Source: an uncultured Solibacteraceae bacterium (GTDB lineage: Bacteria > Acidobacteriota > Terriglobia > Bryobacterales > Bryobacteraceae). From it: DNA of 55,658 nt. This document shows, piece by piece, positions 19,125-29,183 of the stretch (positions within the stretch are counted from its first letter, which is position 1; each line of letters begins with the position of its first letter). The stretch is taken from positions 3,015 to 58,672 of the forward strand of contig CAZFOP010000001.1 in assembly GCA_964520085.1 (NCBI GenBank). Direction: 5' to 3'. The notes below the pieces were generated by a model, which saw nothing but the letters and a program-made list of their open reading frames with translations, was not told where the DNA came from and searched no databases. The translations under genes and the position numbers were made by a program.

Positions 19125-20162
19125 TTATGCGACGTGGCGATAAGACAATTTCCCTAACGCGACGAAGCACCGCTCTGGCATATACCGGCATACTATCCGA
19201 GCTACACTGCCCTTCCACATACCGCGGTATACAGGCGAGGGAGAATCCATGGGAGACCGCAAGTAAGACAGAACCGAGCGGGTCGCGTTCCATCGTTCCT
19301 TGAAGGTCACGAGCCCGGCATTATCGCAGTCCGAGCGTCCCATATCCAACTCTTCCAGTCCAGAATCGATCGCATCTCGAATGGCATGCCAGAACAGGTA
19401 GGGCATGGCGCCGCATCTATGAAAGCGTACCACGGACGCACCATATTTGTAGTATAGGGTCTTTCTGTGCCGGAGGGTTAGGATCGCAGCGATAGGCTGA
19501 CCGTCTTTCCAAGCACAGCGAATCGTCGCTGCCTCATCAAGGCTTTCGACAATGTTGCTAAACCATGCGATTGGCTGAGGCGGCAGGCCATGCCGCCTGC
19601 GGGTTTGCAAAACCAAGCTGTAAAACGCCCTGACAGTACCAGGATCCCTTCCTTCTGTGACCTCTATTCCTTCTCTCTCGGCGTGCCGTATCCTTCTTTG
19701 GATGCAGTCCCGATGAAAACTGCTGAATACCGCGCTGGCGCCGGGACGCAAATCTAGTCGATGGATGAAATAGCCCTGGCTGGTCTTCCAATTTGCCGGG
19801 ACTCCTGGAAACAGCGACGTCGGTCTGACTTCCGCGTACTGGCAGCGCTCTGCCACTGCCCGCTCCTCAAGGCCTGCGAATAGGGCCAGCAGATCCTCCT
19901 TGCTATCGGCAAGCGGCTCGCAATGATCGGAGAACGGAAACGAAACCAGCCGGCTCCCCGTCATCCAGCTCTGTAGGCGGCAAAAGACGAACGCGTTCGC
20001 TAACTCACAGCTCGCATCAGTCGTTATTGCCGCAGGTCTGCAACCGTACGTCCTGTATACCGCCTCCAACCATCCGCGGGTGTGGAAAACCGAGGCGTGT
20101 GGATGGCCGTTGACAAACGCCGGCCAGCGGGGATCTGCCAACGGATCAATCTCTTGGATCAT
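19125..20162 (-). CDS. FemAB-like / GNAT-fold (Acetyltransf_6-type) acyl- or aminoacyl-transferase, PEP-CTERM-locus type
   Basis: ORF 19125..20333. The conserved part starts at ATG 20162: MIQEIDPLADPRWPAFVNGHPHASVFHTRGWLEAVYRTYGC. Later come FHRDCIQRRIRHAEREGIEV and LYYKYGASVVRFHRCGAMPYLFWHAI. The pattern matches FemAB-related proteins associated with exosortase EPS loci (recalled family, not searched). Confidence 0.7.
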   Translation of the reverse strand: MIQEIDPLADPRWPAFVNGHPHASVFHTRGWLEAVYRTYGCRPAAITTDASCELANAFVFCRLQSWMTGSRLVSFPFSDHCEPLADSKEDLLALFAGLEERAVAERCQYAEVRPTSLFPGVPANWKTSQGYFIHRLDLRPGASAVFSSFHRDCIQRRIRHAEREGIEVTEGRDPGTVRAFYSLVLQTRRRHGLPPQPIAWFSNIVESLDEAATIRCAWKDGQPIAAILTLRHRKTLYYKYGASVVRFHRCGAMPYLFWHAIRDAIDSGLEELDMGRSDCDNAGLVTFKERWNATRSVLSYLRSPMDSPSPVYRGMWKGSVARIVCRYMPERCFVALGKLSYRHVA

Positions 20163-20262
20163 TGTGGTTTCCCTGCATGTGCGCCGGTAAGTTCGCGAGC
20201 CTAAGGTCAGAATACTCTCTCTACTAAGTGCAGGGGTACGTTTACCCGCAAGACCGTGATCG

Positions 20263-21486
20263 TCAAAAGCCGCGTCTAACACACAAATAGGGGAACAGTG
20301 CCAGTTCCGCGAGGCCGGGGAGGGGATCCTCACGGCTGATTACGGATTCGATGTCGATATCCCTCAGAGTTCGCAGGTAGGCAAGGAAGTCTTGACGGCC
20401 ACGCAACATCTCGAGAAGGCCGGTCGGCAAGTCCGTGAGCAATCGAATCCAGCTAACCCCCTCCTTCCCGCGACAGTGCGGGACACATTCACCGGTCTGG
20501 TCGGCAAACAACAAATGCGGAAAGTCTACGCCCGCAGCCCACCCCAGCGTATGATAGCCCCACGTGCGTCCGTTGAAGTCGAGTAGCCGGTACGTGCCAT
20601 CGCGCGGATCGAGTTTGTACTCCAGCTCTACCAAACCATAATAGTCGATTGCCCGCAGAAACCGCTTGGACAGTTCTTCGAGTATAGGCAGATCGATGGT
20701 CTCAACGAAGGTGCTGGCTCGCCCAAATTCCGCCGGGTGCTGCCGCCTTCGGCGCACCACCATACTGGCAATCGCTTGACCCGCCTTGAAGAACGCACAA
20801 TAGGCGAACTGCTGGCGCCCGTCACCAGGAATCAAGTCCTGAATCATCACCTCGCCTGCGCCAACAACCTGCTGAGCCCGTAGAAACAGTGTCCGCAGTT
20901 CGGCGCGGTCGTTGGCACGCCACGCTTTCGCCTTCGTGGCGTAGAAGAAATGCTCTTTGACCGATGGCTTAACTGCGAAGGGCGGATCTATCGCGACCTG
21001 TTCCAGGTCATCTACAGAACGCGCGTACACTGTGGCCGGTGTCGGAATCTCGAGTTGGTTGGCTAACTCGTATGTATTCCGCTTGTCCCATGCCCACTTG
21101 ACCGTGTCCCACTCGGGCGTCGGCACTCGGAAGAACTCGCTGAGCAGCGGCCGGTGGCGGGCGATGGCCGCGACGGTCTCGTCTCGCGTTGGATACAGGA
21201 CCCAACCCCTGAGTCCGAGGCGATATCCAGTGTCCAAAATCGCGTCAACGGCTTGCCGCTCCTCGCGCAGGTTCGGAACGGTTACCGAATGCGTGGTGTA
21301 GCGCGAGAAGCGAGCGATAGACTTTTCGTCGTCGATCACGCAAATTGGTATCCGTCGACGCCCAAGGCTGCGTACGATACCGAGACCCTGGTAATCTCCG
21401 CCGATCACAACGGCGCCAACCGAATTCCTGGAGCTGTCGGCTGGAGTCGACGACGGCCCTGACAAGCGTAGCGATCCGTTGTTCAC
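20263..21486 (-). CDS. ATP-grasp domain ligase (COG3919-like)
   Basis: The pre-ATP-grasp region is VVIGGDYQGLGIVRSLGRRRIPICVID. The ATP-grasp core is PFAVKPSVKEHFFY...VMIQDLIPGDG...YYGLVELEYKLDPRDGTYRLLDFNGRTWG. Confidence 0.8.
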   Translation of the reverse strand: MNNGSLRLSGPSSTPADSSRNSVGAVVIGGDYQGLGIVRSLGRRRIPICVIDDEKSIARFSRYTTHSVTVPNLREERQAVDAILDTGYRLGLRGWVLYPTRDETVAAIARHRPLLSEFFRVPTPEWDTVKWAWDKRNTYELANQLEIPTPATVYARSVDDLEQVAIDPPFAVKPSVKEHFFYATKAKAWRANDRAELRTLFLRAQQVVGAGEVMIQDLIPGDGRQQFAYCAFFKAGQAIASMVVRRRRQHPAEFGRASTFVETIDLPILEELSKRFLRAIDYYGLVELEYKLDPRDGTYRLLDFNGRTWGYHTLGWAAGVDFPHLLFADQTGECVPHCRGKEGVSWIRLLTDLPTGLLEMLRGRQDFLAYLRTLRDIDIESVISREDPLPGLAELALFPYLCVRRGF

Positions 21487-21499
21487 GACGGTCCTATAC

Positions 21500-22696
21500 T
21501 CATTGACGCAAGCGGGCTTCCCGCACGAGTGAGCGCGTCAACGCTTCCGACGCATAGGTCGTTCCCGATACGAATTGCATCAATGGACCGAAGCTCCATG
21601 CGGCAGGTGCCCCGAGAATGTGCAGACCCGGGATCGACGTCTCAAGTCCCCTCCTGAGGACGGGGTAGCCATTGACGCGTTCCATAGACTCAACGAGGTC
21701 AGGAGCGAGGAAGTCGTACCTCGACACATCCACGCGGTACCCTGTGCCTAAGAGTACGTGATCCACCGTCCGGTCGCTTCCGTCGTCCAGTTTGACTTTG
21801 ACCCGCTCGCCCGCCGAAGTGGCGGCGACCACAGATCGTCCGAGTGTAATCGGCACGTCCTTTAGCCGATCCACGAGCCAACGGGCCCCAGCAGGCCGAA
21901 CAGCGCGCTTCCTGACCTTCTCTTGGAATCCGCGGGGGAAGCGTCTGAGCAGGTCAGGACGGGCCAGCAGTTGACTGAGGCCAGCAGGCCCGACATCCGT
22001 AGGCGCGTACATCACCTGTCTAGTGAACTTGCCCAAGCTATGGTGAAGTGTCTTCGAGAGACGGCCCTGCAGCCAGTGGATTCCTTGCGAGCGCGCGATA
22101 ATCTCGACCGTAGCGCCATATTCGTGCAGTAGCGCCCCCGATTCGAGTGCGCTTTGTCCGCCCCCGATAACCACCAGTTCCTTCCCGGCGAACTGCTTGA
22201 GATCGCGATGAGCGGAGGTGTGGAACGCCAGGTAATCCGGAATACCTTGGAATTCTGGCGGGCGCCACGCAAATGAGCCGATTCCAGCGGCGACAATTAC
22301 GCGGCGAGACCTGACGATGGAACCGTCCCCGAAACTGAGCCGAAAACCGATGGGATCGGATTCAACGCGTAAAGGTTTCCGGCGGTCGAGGTCGGGCGCC
22401 GCCTGCCGCTGATACCAGAGTCCATACTGCACGAAGCGATCCAGCGGCACGGGCGTGGAGAAGTGACTGCACGTTGCCGCCTGGAACGCCTCCAGCGTCA
22501 GCGAGCGAGACGGGTCCGCGATTTGTGTAGCCGTCCAGTTCGAGCGGAGGAACATGCCGGCCGGCATGCTACGCTCCCAAAAGGCCATGGGCTCGCCAAA
22601 CACGCGAACATCAAGACCCTTCACTTGGTTCAGATGCGCCGCCGCGGACAGCCCATAAGGGCCGGCACCGATGATTGCTACGTCGCAGGTTAGCAT
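21500..22696 (-). CDS. FAD/NAD(P)-binding oxidoreductase (flavin monooxygenase-like, two dinucleotide folds)
   Basis: DVAIIGAGPYGLSAAAHL (GxGxxG 1) and ELVVIGGGQSALESGALL (GxGxxG 2), with the C-terminal LLGTGYR motif. Confidence 0.8.
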   Translation of the reverse strand: MLTCDVAIIGAGPYGLSAAAHLNQVKGLDVRVFGEPMAFWERSMPAGMFLRSNWTATQIADPSRSLTLEAFQAATCSHFSTPVPLDRFVQYGLWYQRQAAPDLDRRKPLRVESDPIGFRLSFGDGSIVRSRRVIVAAGIGSFAWRPPEFQGIPDYLAFHTSAHRDLKQFAGKELVVIGGGQSALESGALLHEYGATVEIIARSQGIHWLQGRLSKTLHHSLGKFTRQVMYAPTDVGPAGLSQLLARPDLLRRFPRGFQEKVRKRAVRPAGARWLVDRLKDVPITLGRSVVAATSAGERVKVKLDDGSDRTVDHVLLGTGYRVDVSRYDFLAPDLVESMERVNGYPVLRRGLETSIPGLHILGAPAAWSFGPLMQFVSGTTYASEALTRSLVREARLRQ

Positions 22697-22749
22697 TGCA
22701 GATCGGCCGTCAGTCTAGGATTGTGAGAATGCAGCACTTTGAAGGTCAA

Positions 22750-25473
22750 TTAATGACTTTGTCCGGCTTGGACGGCAGTCACTTCTTTTTCGACGCCCTC
22801 CGAAGCAAGCTCGTAAGTAAGTGCGCCAGCCCGGTCTATCACGGCATAGGCCAGCCTGGCTCGTTCACTTCCCGTACCCTCGATTCGCCAGGAGGTTCCT
22901 ACATTGACGAGGCTCATCTCGCTTCGCTGCCGCCACCACGCAGCCACGTCCCTTGGCAAGCCGATCCACGTTTCGCCCTTTGACCTCATCTCAGAAAGGT
23001 GTTGGAGCAACTCGATATAGACGCTTCGCGCCGCTAAGTCAATGTTGTAGTCCGGATGGATGATAAAGCTGATGAGGCCATATTTGCGTCGGATCAGGGA
23101 TATCTGTTCCTTCCAGAGCCGAGTCGAGTAATGGTTGAGGATGTTTAAGAGCGAGTAGTCTTGGGTTGTCGTCAGGGGAAGTTCCAGTACTTTGTTTATG
23201 AAAAAAGGCAAAACGGTACAACAGCCGCCCCGCTGGGGATCCAGGCTGGCCACGTTTGGAATCGACATGTCATAGGAGAAGTCTAACGCGTCATACCAAT
23301 CGCTATTTCGATACATGACCGCCGACCGGAATCCGAGCGCGCCGAATTGCCTCCCGTAGCGATTAATCCGTTCGGCGCGTCTTGTGAACTCCTGCCGGTC
23401 GCACATCAACCGCCCGTCATGGTTTAAGTCATGGACATTCACCTCGAAGTCACGGTTGTGAATGCTCTCCAGAAACGCTTGGGAGACCGCGTAGCGCTTT
23501 TCGGGTACGATCTGGAAGGAGCTCTTGATTCCGAACGAATCGTTCAAATCCATCAATTGCGAGCAAAAGTCCCGGCCGTCGGACGTTTCCACATCGTGCG
23601 TCATCATCGTGCAACTACGAGCGCCTTCCGGCCAAAACCAGATAAAAGGCACTCTTTCGACCTTCCGCGCCTTCATCGAAAGTACCAGCAGTTGTTCGAT
23701 GATGTCCTCCACCGTTCGGTCGACAGGCCACCTAGGGAACGCTATCTTTTCCCAACCGCTGAAGTACCACCTCTGGAGGTGCTTCCTCACGGAAACGCCC
23801 AGCATTGGGCGCGCAAGATAGTACATACCCCGCAGAATGTTAACTCCGGGGAATGCCTTGCTCCCATCCGGCGTAACGTGATAGCGTTCGCAACGAAGGT
23901 TATCGACAACTTGCGCAGGGTCGAAGGGGAGGTGAACAGATCCGTTCAGAACCACATCCTCGCTGGCATCATGTAGGGTGCTCGTAGCGAGCGTCGCTGG
24001 CACGGAGGAAGAGCACTGTCCATAGCAAATGGCGTGCGAACCGAAACGGAAGTAGCCCGAGTCGCGGGAGAGATCTCCGTCCACCACAAAGTGTCCTAAA
24101 TCGTCCGGACAGCGGTAGCGGTCCCTCAGAAGCCGCGCGATGTTGTCCGACGGACTCCCTAAAGGCGACGAACTTTGTACGTTAAGTTCAGGTCCCGTAC
24201 CGCTGACGCCGTGTCGAGTGTTGGCCGCCGGCTCATACTCTTCCGGGATGGTGCGGTATTGTTTTCCGGGAGCCACGGGCGACTCAACGCTGGGCGCAAG
24301 CGGCCGGCTGCGCCTCACCAACCCGTCTACCAAGTTCAAATACTCCTGCTTTTTTACATCCCAGTTGTTTTTCTGAATGAAGCTCGTCCCATGCGCAACC
24401 AATGCGTCGCGCTTGGCCGCGTCCTGCACGAGGGCCAGAATCTTCGCCGCGAGGTCCTCCGCGTCTTCGGACTCGAAGAACTGAACCAAACTGTCGTTGA
24501 AGTAGTACTGATCGATACGGGTATTCGACACGACGACAGGGACCCCCATCGCCATGAATTCCATTATCTTGGTACTGAACGCTTCGTTGCCAAAGGAGTC
24601 CTTTCTCTTTGGAACGACTCCAAGGTCGACGCGCGCCATTATTTCCGCGACCTTCTCGATCGGAACTAAGCCAACTATGGACACGCAGCTTTCCAGACCC
24701 AGTAGTTTGACCAAAACTTCGAGCTTGTTTTGGTCAGGACCCTTCCCGATAATCAGGAACCTGAGATTCGGGGCTTTGTCGCGCAACAAGGCCATTGCAT
24801 GAATTGCTAAGTCTACTCCCTGGTGCCAGTTGAGGGTTCCTGGGTAGCACATGAGAAACTCGCTGGTGGTCGCGTGTTTGGAGGAGTGACGGGAGAATAT
24901 CGACGGATCGGGATAATTGATGATTGCCGTACACTTATCCGGTGTCACCGACCGCTGAGTAATTTTTTCGTACCAGAGGTGATTGGAAATAATGACATGG
25001 TTGGAATAGGCAATCGAGACTGCCTCAATCCAAAGAAGCAAACGAAACACAAGCGACCGCTCGCTGACTTTGAATTTGCTAGCGTAGAACTCAGGGACGA
25101 TGTCGTGTATATCAAGAATGACCCGCGCACCCATCAATCGCGGAATGATGGTTGCGAAGACCTCGAAGTCCGGCACCGAGTGCACGTGGATGAGGTCGTA
25201 GCGCGTCCTCAGATGACGCCACGTGAGGATCCATGCGGACCGAACAAAGAACAGCAGAAGCTTGATCAGGTAACTGCTGGGACCGCCTTCGTCTATAACG
25301 CGCTTCTGGATGCGGAAAACGCGCACCCCAGAGATCGTTTCGACGGACGGTTGTCCTTCCCGCTGCAGGGCAAATGCGTCCACCTGGTCTCCACGCTTGA
25401 CGAGAGATTCAGCATATCGCCGCACACGATTGTCGGTTTCGTAAAATGAGTAAACAACCATGCACACTCTCAT
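22750..25473 (-). CDS. Fusion protein: N-terminal GT4 glycosyltransferase + uncharacterised middle region + C-terminal polysaccharide-deacetylase-like (CE4/NodB-like) domain
   Basis: ORF 22750..25500. ATG 25473 lies 9 nt after GGAGG. The GT4 region is MRVCMVVYSFYETDNRVRRYAESL...NEAFSTKIMEFMAMGVPVVVS. A Pro/Ser-rich linker follows (RSRPLAPSVESPVAPG...SSSPLGSPS). The C-terminal part has IWFWPEGARSCTMMTHDVETSDG, VNVHDLNHDG and FIIHPDY, which fit a metal-dependent deacetylase fold. Confidence 0.8.
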   Translation of the reverse strand: MRVCMVVYSFYETDNRVRRYAESLVKRGDQVDAFALQREGQPSVETISGVRVFRIQKRVIDEGGPSSYLIKLLLFFVRSAWILTWRHLRTRYDLIHVHSVPDFEVFATIIPRLMGARVILDIHDIVPEFYASKFKVSERSLVFRLLLWIEAVSIAYSNHVIISNHLWYEKITQRSVTPDKCTAIINYPDPSIFSRHSSKHATTSEFLMCYPGTLNWHQGVDLAIHAMALLRDKAPNLRFLIIGKGPDQNKLEVLVKLLGLESCVSIVGLVPIEKVAEIMARVDLGVVPKRKDSFGNEAFSTKIMEFMAMGVPVVVSNTRIDQYYFNDSLVQFFESEDAEDLAAKILALVQDAAKRDALVAHGTSFIQKNNWDVKKQEYLNLVDGLVRRSRPLAPSVESPVAPGKQYRTIPEEYEPAANTRHGVSGTGPELNVQSSSPLGSPSDNIARLLRDRYRCPDDLGHFVVDGDLSRDSGYFRFGSHAICYGQCSSSVPATLATSTLHDASEDVVLNGSVHLPFDPAQVVDNLRCERYHVTPDGSKAFPGVNILRGMYYLARPMLGVSVRKHLQRWYFSGWEKIAFPRWPVDRTVEDIIEQLLVLSMKARKVERVPFIWFWPEGARSCTMMTHDVETSDGRDFCSQLMDLNDSFGIKSSFQIVPEKRYAVSQAFLESIHNRDFEVNVHDLNHDGRLMCDRQEFTRRAERINRYGRQFGALGFRSAVMYRNSDWYDALDFSYDMSIPNVASLDPQRGGCCTVLPFFINKVLELPLTTTQDYSLLNILNHYSTRLWKEQISLIRRKYGLISFIIHPDYNIDLAARSVYIELLQHLSEMRSKGETWIGLPRDVAAWWRQRSEMSLVNVGTSWRIEGTGSERARLAYAVIDRAGALTYELASEGVEKEVTAVQAGQSH

Positions 25474-25855
25474 AGATTCCCGCCTCCGGTCGGCCCGCAA
25501 CGCCTAGTGATCCGCGCCATCCTCGTCTCTTTTGATCTTCCGAGAGCTGCCCAAGCGAGCTCGTGTGCCAGGTCGTGGCGCCCTTCGCGGATATAGCGGC
25601 CAGAACCTTGCTTCAGCCTGTGAGAGCAACCCGCTCGGCCGCAGCCACCTAGCATCGCGCGCCGGTGCCAGCTCGCATCCGTCTCCGCGGTGCACCCTGG
25701 CGCGACAAGCACTCGCCGCGCCCGATGCCCTCGAGAGACGCCGCCCGACTGAAGCTCGTCAACGAACATTAACCCTTCGCGGCTGGTACGGCTCGGTACA
25801 GTTCCGCCGAAGTCGCAACCACCATGGTCACCGCCATAACCTATCCACCCGGTGC

Positions 25856-26548
25856 TCACCCGGGAAGACGCTCTTGGCGCCTCGCAGCTCTCTTGGAGCC
25901 AGGCAAAGAACAGACAAAACAGTATTCCACCGCGAGTGTTCGGCTGACCACGGGAATCATCGCCGTCATATTCATTTGCAATCTCTTCATATACCGTCGC
26001 GTTGGCTCATGATGGTGCCAGTGGTGAGACGTCGGAAAACATCGAATAATATCGAACCAGGAGGCAAGCGCTCGCTGAAACTCGTCCACTGATTGAATAT
26101 TGTTGTATGCGGGGAAGATACGCACATCCCGATGGTTGAAGTTCACGTACGATGCTATGAAGGTGCCCTCGTCTTTCAGTATGCCCTGTATTTCCGAGAA
26201 CTTTTGCGCCTGGACCGAGCCCACATACTCGAACACTCCTTGAGCAACGATGATGTCGAAGCGCTTATTGCCAAACGCGATCGGACTTTCGACAAAATCG
26301 GCCTGAACAAGGTCCGGAGCCGGATCGTGTATGGCGATATCAATGCCATGGTAATGGATGTTCGCCTGAAGCACCTGCCGCAGACTGGCCGGCCCACAGC
26401 CGATATCGAGAAGGTCCTGTTCTTTGTCTCCGGCAAGCGTATTGATCATCCTGGCGAGCTTCTCGAGCCGGAAATGGACTTTCGCGTAATTCAGATTCTC
26501 CTTGATCCAAAAGTCTCTGTCTCGATATTCCGTTTTCACATCTTGCAT
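25856..26548 (-). CDS. Class I SAM-dependent methyltransferase
   Basis: ORF 25856..26701. ATG 26548 lies 43 nt after the upstream stop. Motif I is DLLDIGCGPASL, with FDIIVAQGVFEYV later. Confidence 0.8.
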   Translation of the reverse strand: MQDVKTEYRDRDFWIKENLNYAKVHFRLEKLARMINTLAGDKEQDLLDIGCGPASLRQVLQANIHYHGIDIAIHDPAPDLVQADFVESPIAFGNKRFDIIVAQGVFEYVGSVQAQKFSEIQGILKDEGTFIASYVNFNHRDVRIFPAYNNIQSVDEFQRALASWFDIIRCFPTSHHWHHHEPTRRYMKRLQMNMTAMIPVVSRTLAVEYCFVCSLPGSKRAARRQERLPG

Positions 26549-26591
26549 GAAACACCACCCTAAACGGCCGTTGTCGGATTCGCTGCCGCGT

Positions 26592-27896
26592 TCAGATTTG
26601 TGTGAACAAATTGGTATACTGCTCATCCAAACCGATGCGAAACTGTGCAGCTCTCCGCTTAATCGACGACTTGACCCTTGTCGAATCCCTCTGAAGGTCA
26701 CAGAATTGTTGGATTAGCATCGAGGAATCTAACGTCTTTATGTCCTGGCAGTACTCGGCCAGACCCATGTCGCGCATCAGAGACTTACATTTCTGGTGAA
26801 AGGTGATGGAGATGACCGGTTTGTTCAGTAGAAGAGCCAAAAGAACATTGTGAAACCGGGTTGCAACCACAACGTCGGTCATCGTCAACTGGGAAAGGAG
26901 GTTCTCGACCGAGTCGATTGGATCGTCGATAACGCGTTCCTCATCGTACAGCACTCCACGGTCCTTGAGGAGTGCCCTAAAGTCTCTCGTCACCGGGCGA
27001 TCGCAAACATCCCCAATCAGCAACCTGACATCGTGGTCGTGAGCCAATAGCCAATGGACGAACGTCGCAAGGTTGTCTAAGTAGTCCGTGTAGATCTGTT
27101 TGGCGGGCCGCCCGCCGCTCCGCGACTTCCAATCATATAGCATCAGGCCGACGCCCACAACGCGTCGCCGTCCGGTACCCCGAGTATCGGTCGGCATCGC
27201 ACGGTCCGGCAGACTGAATGCCAAGTCGGGGTACACTCTGTCGGTCAGTGCCGCCGCGCCGAGGCCGCGAAGGTATGTCTTGGTGGCATCATCTCGATAT
27301 GACCGAACATCGGCCAGGGCAAGAAGCATCCTCACCAGGCACCTGCCGAGAGGGCCATGGATCGGACCGGCGCCGACGCTGACGAAAAACAGCTTGCAGC
27401 GGCATAGTTTGGCTACTAAGCACCACTTAAACAGGTTGTACGGGCCCCAGTTGCGAAGTCCATACGCGTCTGTTAGTAGTCCGGTTCCTGCGACGATCAG
27501 GACATCGAGCCTTCTGACGCAGTTAATCGCCTCCAACCATCTGTAGGCTTCGCTTGGCAAACCCACAAGCACCGCTCGGAGTAAGCGTACAAGGCGATTG
27601 CCGCGGAGCCATAGGGGCCTAAGCACTATACCGTTCATCGAGATGGCTTCGGTTCTGTAGGCACTTCTGACCGCATCGGGATCCGTGCAAATGCACACGA
27701 TCTGGGGTTCCGCAAGACGCCGGCGAATATGGTAGAGTACCGCGCCAAGAGTACTTTCGTTTCCGAAGTTACGATCACCGAAGTGGCCAAAGATACCGAT
27801 CCTTTTCAGCCTCGTCTTGGTGTCCATCACGGTCTGTCGCTGTTGCGGACGCTCGCGACGTCTAAGGGGTATGGTTGAGACTGGCTGAGACATCAC
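26592..27896 (-). CDS. Polysaccharide pyruvyl transferase family protein
   Basis: RIGIFGHFGDRNFGNESTLGAVLYHI is the family N-terminal motif. Further motifs are LIVAGTGLLTD and VVATRFHNVLLALLLNKPVISI. Start is uncertain: GTG 27896, ATG 27893 or ATG 27827. Confidence 0.8.
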   Translation of the reverse strand: MMSQPVSTIPLRRRERPQQRQTVMDTKTRLKRIGIFGHFGDRNFGNESTLGAVLYHIRRRLAEPQIVCICTDPDAVRSAYRTEAISMNGIVLRPLWLRGNRLVRLLRAVLVGLPSEAYRWLEAINCVRRLDVLIVAGTGLLTDAYGLRNWGPYNLFKWCLVAKLCRCKLFFVSVGAGPIHGPLGRCLVRMLLALADVRSYRDDATKTYLRGLGAAALTDRVYPDLAFSLPDRAMPTDTRGTGRRRVVGVGLMLYDWKSRSGGRPAKQIYTDYLDNLATFVHWLLAHDHDVRLLIGDVCDRPVTRDFRALLKDRGVLYDEERVIDDPIDSVENLLSQLTMTDVVVATRFHNVLLALLLNKPVISITFHQKCKSLMRDMGLAEYCQDIKTLDSSMLIQQFCDLQRDSTRVKSSIKRRAAQFRIGLDEQYTNLFTQI

Positions 27897-28136
27897 GAGC
27901 GCTCGAATAGGAAGTTGCTTCTACGAGGTTGTCTGGTGTCACATGCGCCCCATTGGCGCCCGATCCATAGGCGCCCGCGACTGTGCCGCCACAGTGTCTA
28001 GGCTCCAAAGCGTACGGCACGATCGCCGACAACAGTCCAGCCCTAGGTCGGGTGCGGCACCGGGTTCATGCGCCCCCTGTCGCTCGCCAAAGAGCCAGTG
28101 AACACGGCCCGGCGATTCGGCCCGCGGACACGTCAA

Positions 28137-29183
28137 TTACTCCGATGCGGATAGTTCTCTGTGGAAGGTCGCGCTCTCGTCAGTCTTGACTTTCAATAAC
28201 CTGTCGATGGCGTCCTTAGGGTTCAGACTGGCGAGCAATAGCTTTGCCAAGAGCGCCTTGACCAAACGAGCCCGACTGAAGCCAACTCCCGCATCACGGA
28301 GGATGCGCTTATGATACTCCCAGAAAGCCTTTTCACGGCCCCGCAACAAGCTGCCCGCCAGGGAACGGTAGTATCCCGATAGGGCGCGGCTCATACAGAA
28401 GGCAAATTCCTCCTCGGTCAGGAAGCTACGGCCGTGCACAGCAAGATGGTGCACGATGCCCGCTGCAAATGTATTGAGGCTCCTTGACATCGTGACAAGC
28501 GATCGCTGCCGGAGCCTGGTGAAGGTTAGGACCTGGTGGACGAAACCAAAGTCACAGCTCTTGAGCAGGTCGATACATACCTCCGTGTCCGCATGGATAT
28601 TGTCTTCGTTGTAGAATCTCTCGTGGCTTCTAACCAGGTCGGCTCGATAGAGCAAGGACGTAGCGGTGCCGAAGACGTCCATGTGTTCGAGGAACAGGCG
28701 GCGGCAGACATCGCGACCCGAAACCACCACACTGGTATAGGGTAGCCCCGCGCGCACCACCTGGCAGCCTTCCAGGGCGTAAGCGCCGACGAGTCCTACC
28801 GATGGGTGGGCCTCAGAAACTGCAATCATCCGTTCCAGACACTCTGGAAAGATCCAGTCATCCGCGAACACCACTTTACAGTACTTGCTAGCGGGAGAAA
28901 TGTGCCGTAGCGCGGCATTGAAATTTGGAACGGCCTTCAGGAATCGCGGGTTTTCATATATGCGAATCCGGTGGTCTCGCTCGGCATAGCGACCGGCTAT
29001 TCGGAGAGACTCATCCGAGCTGCAGTTGTCGACAATGACGTACTCCCAGTTCTGATACGTTTGAGCGAGGACACTCTCGATGCACTCGGCGATGAATTTC
29101 GCCTCGTTGTACATGGGCGTGACGATGCTCACCAACGGCTGAACTCCCGATATCGTGCATCTTCCTCCCGGTGATTGTGGCAT
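28137..29183 (-). CDS. Glycosyltransferase family 2
   Basis: LVSIVTPMYNEAKFIAECIESVLAQTYQNWEYVIVDNCSSDESL and VVFADDW (DxD-like). Confidence 0.85.
   Translation of the reverse strand: MPQSPGGRCTISGVQPLVSIVTPMYNEAKFIAECIESVLAQTYQNWEYVIVDNCSSDESLRIAGRYAERDHRIRIYENPRFLKAVPNFNAALRHISPASKYCKVVFADDWIFPECLERMIAVSEAHPSVGLVGAYALEGCQVVRAGLPYTSVVVSGRDVCRRLFLEHMDVFGTATSLLYRADLVRSHERFYNEDNIHADTEVCIDLLKSCDFGFVHQVLTFTRLRQRSLVTMSRSLNTFAAGIVHHLAVHGRSFLTEEEFAFCMSRALSGYYRSLAGSLLRGREKAFWEYHKRILRDAGVGFSRARLVKALLAKLLLASLNPKDAIDRLLKVKTDESATFHRELSASE

Noticed and set aside
25474-25855. ORFs 25470..25859(-) and 25532..26092(+) in the 380-nt gap upstream of the GT4-deacetylase fusion
   Set aside because: The translations are Gly/Arg-rich with no motifs, and they overlap neighbouring real genes. 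The gap is more simply an intergenic or internal-promoter region.
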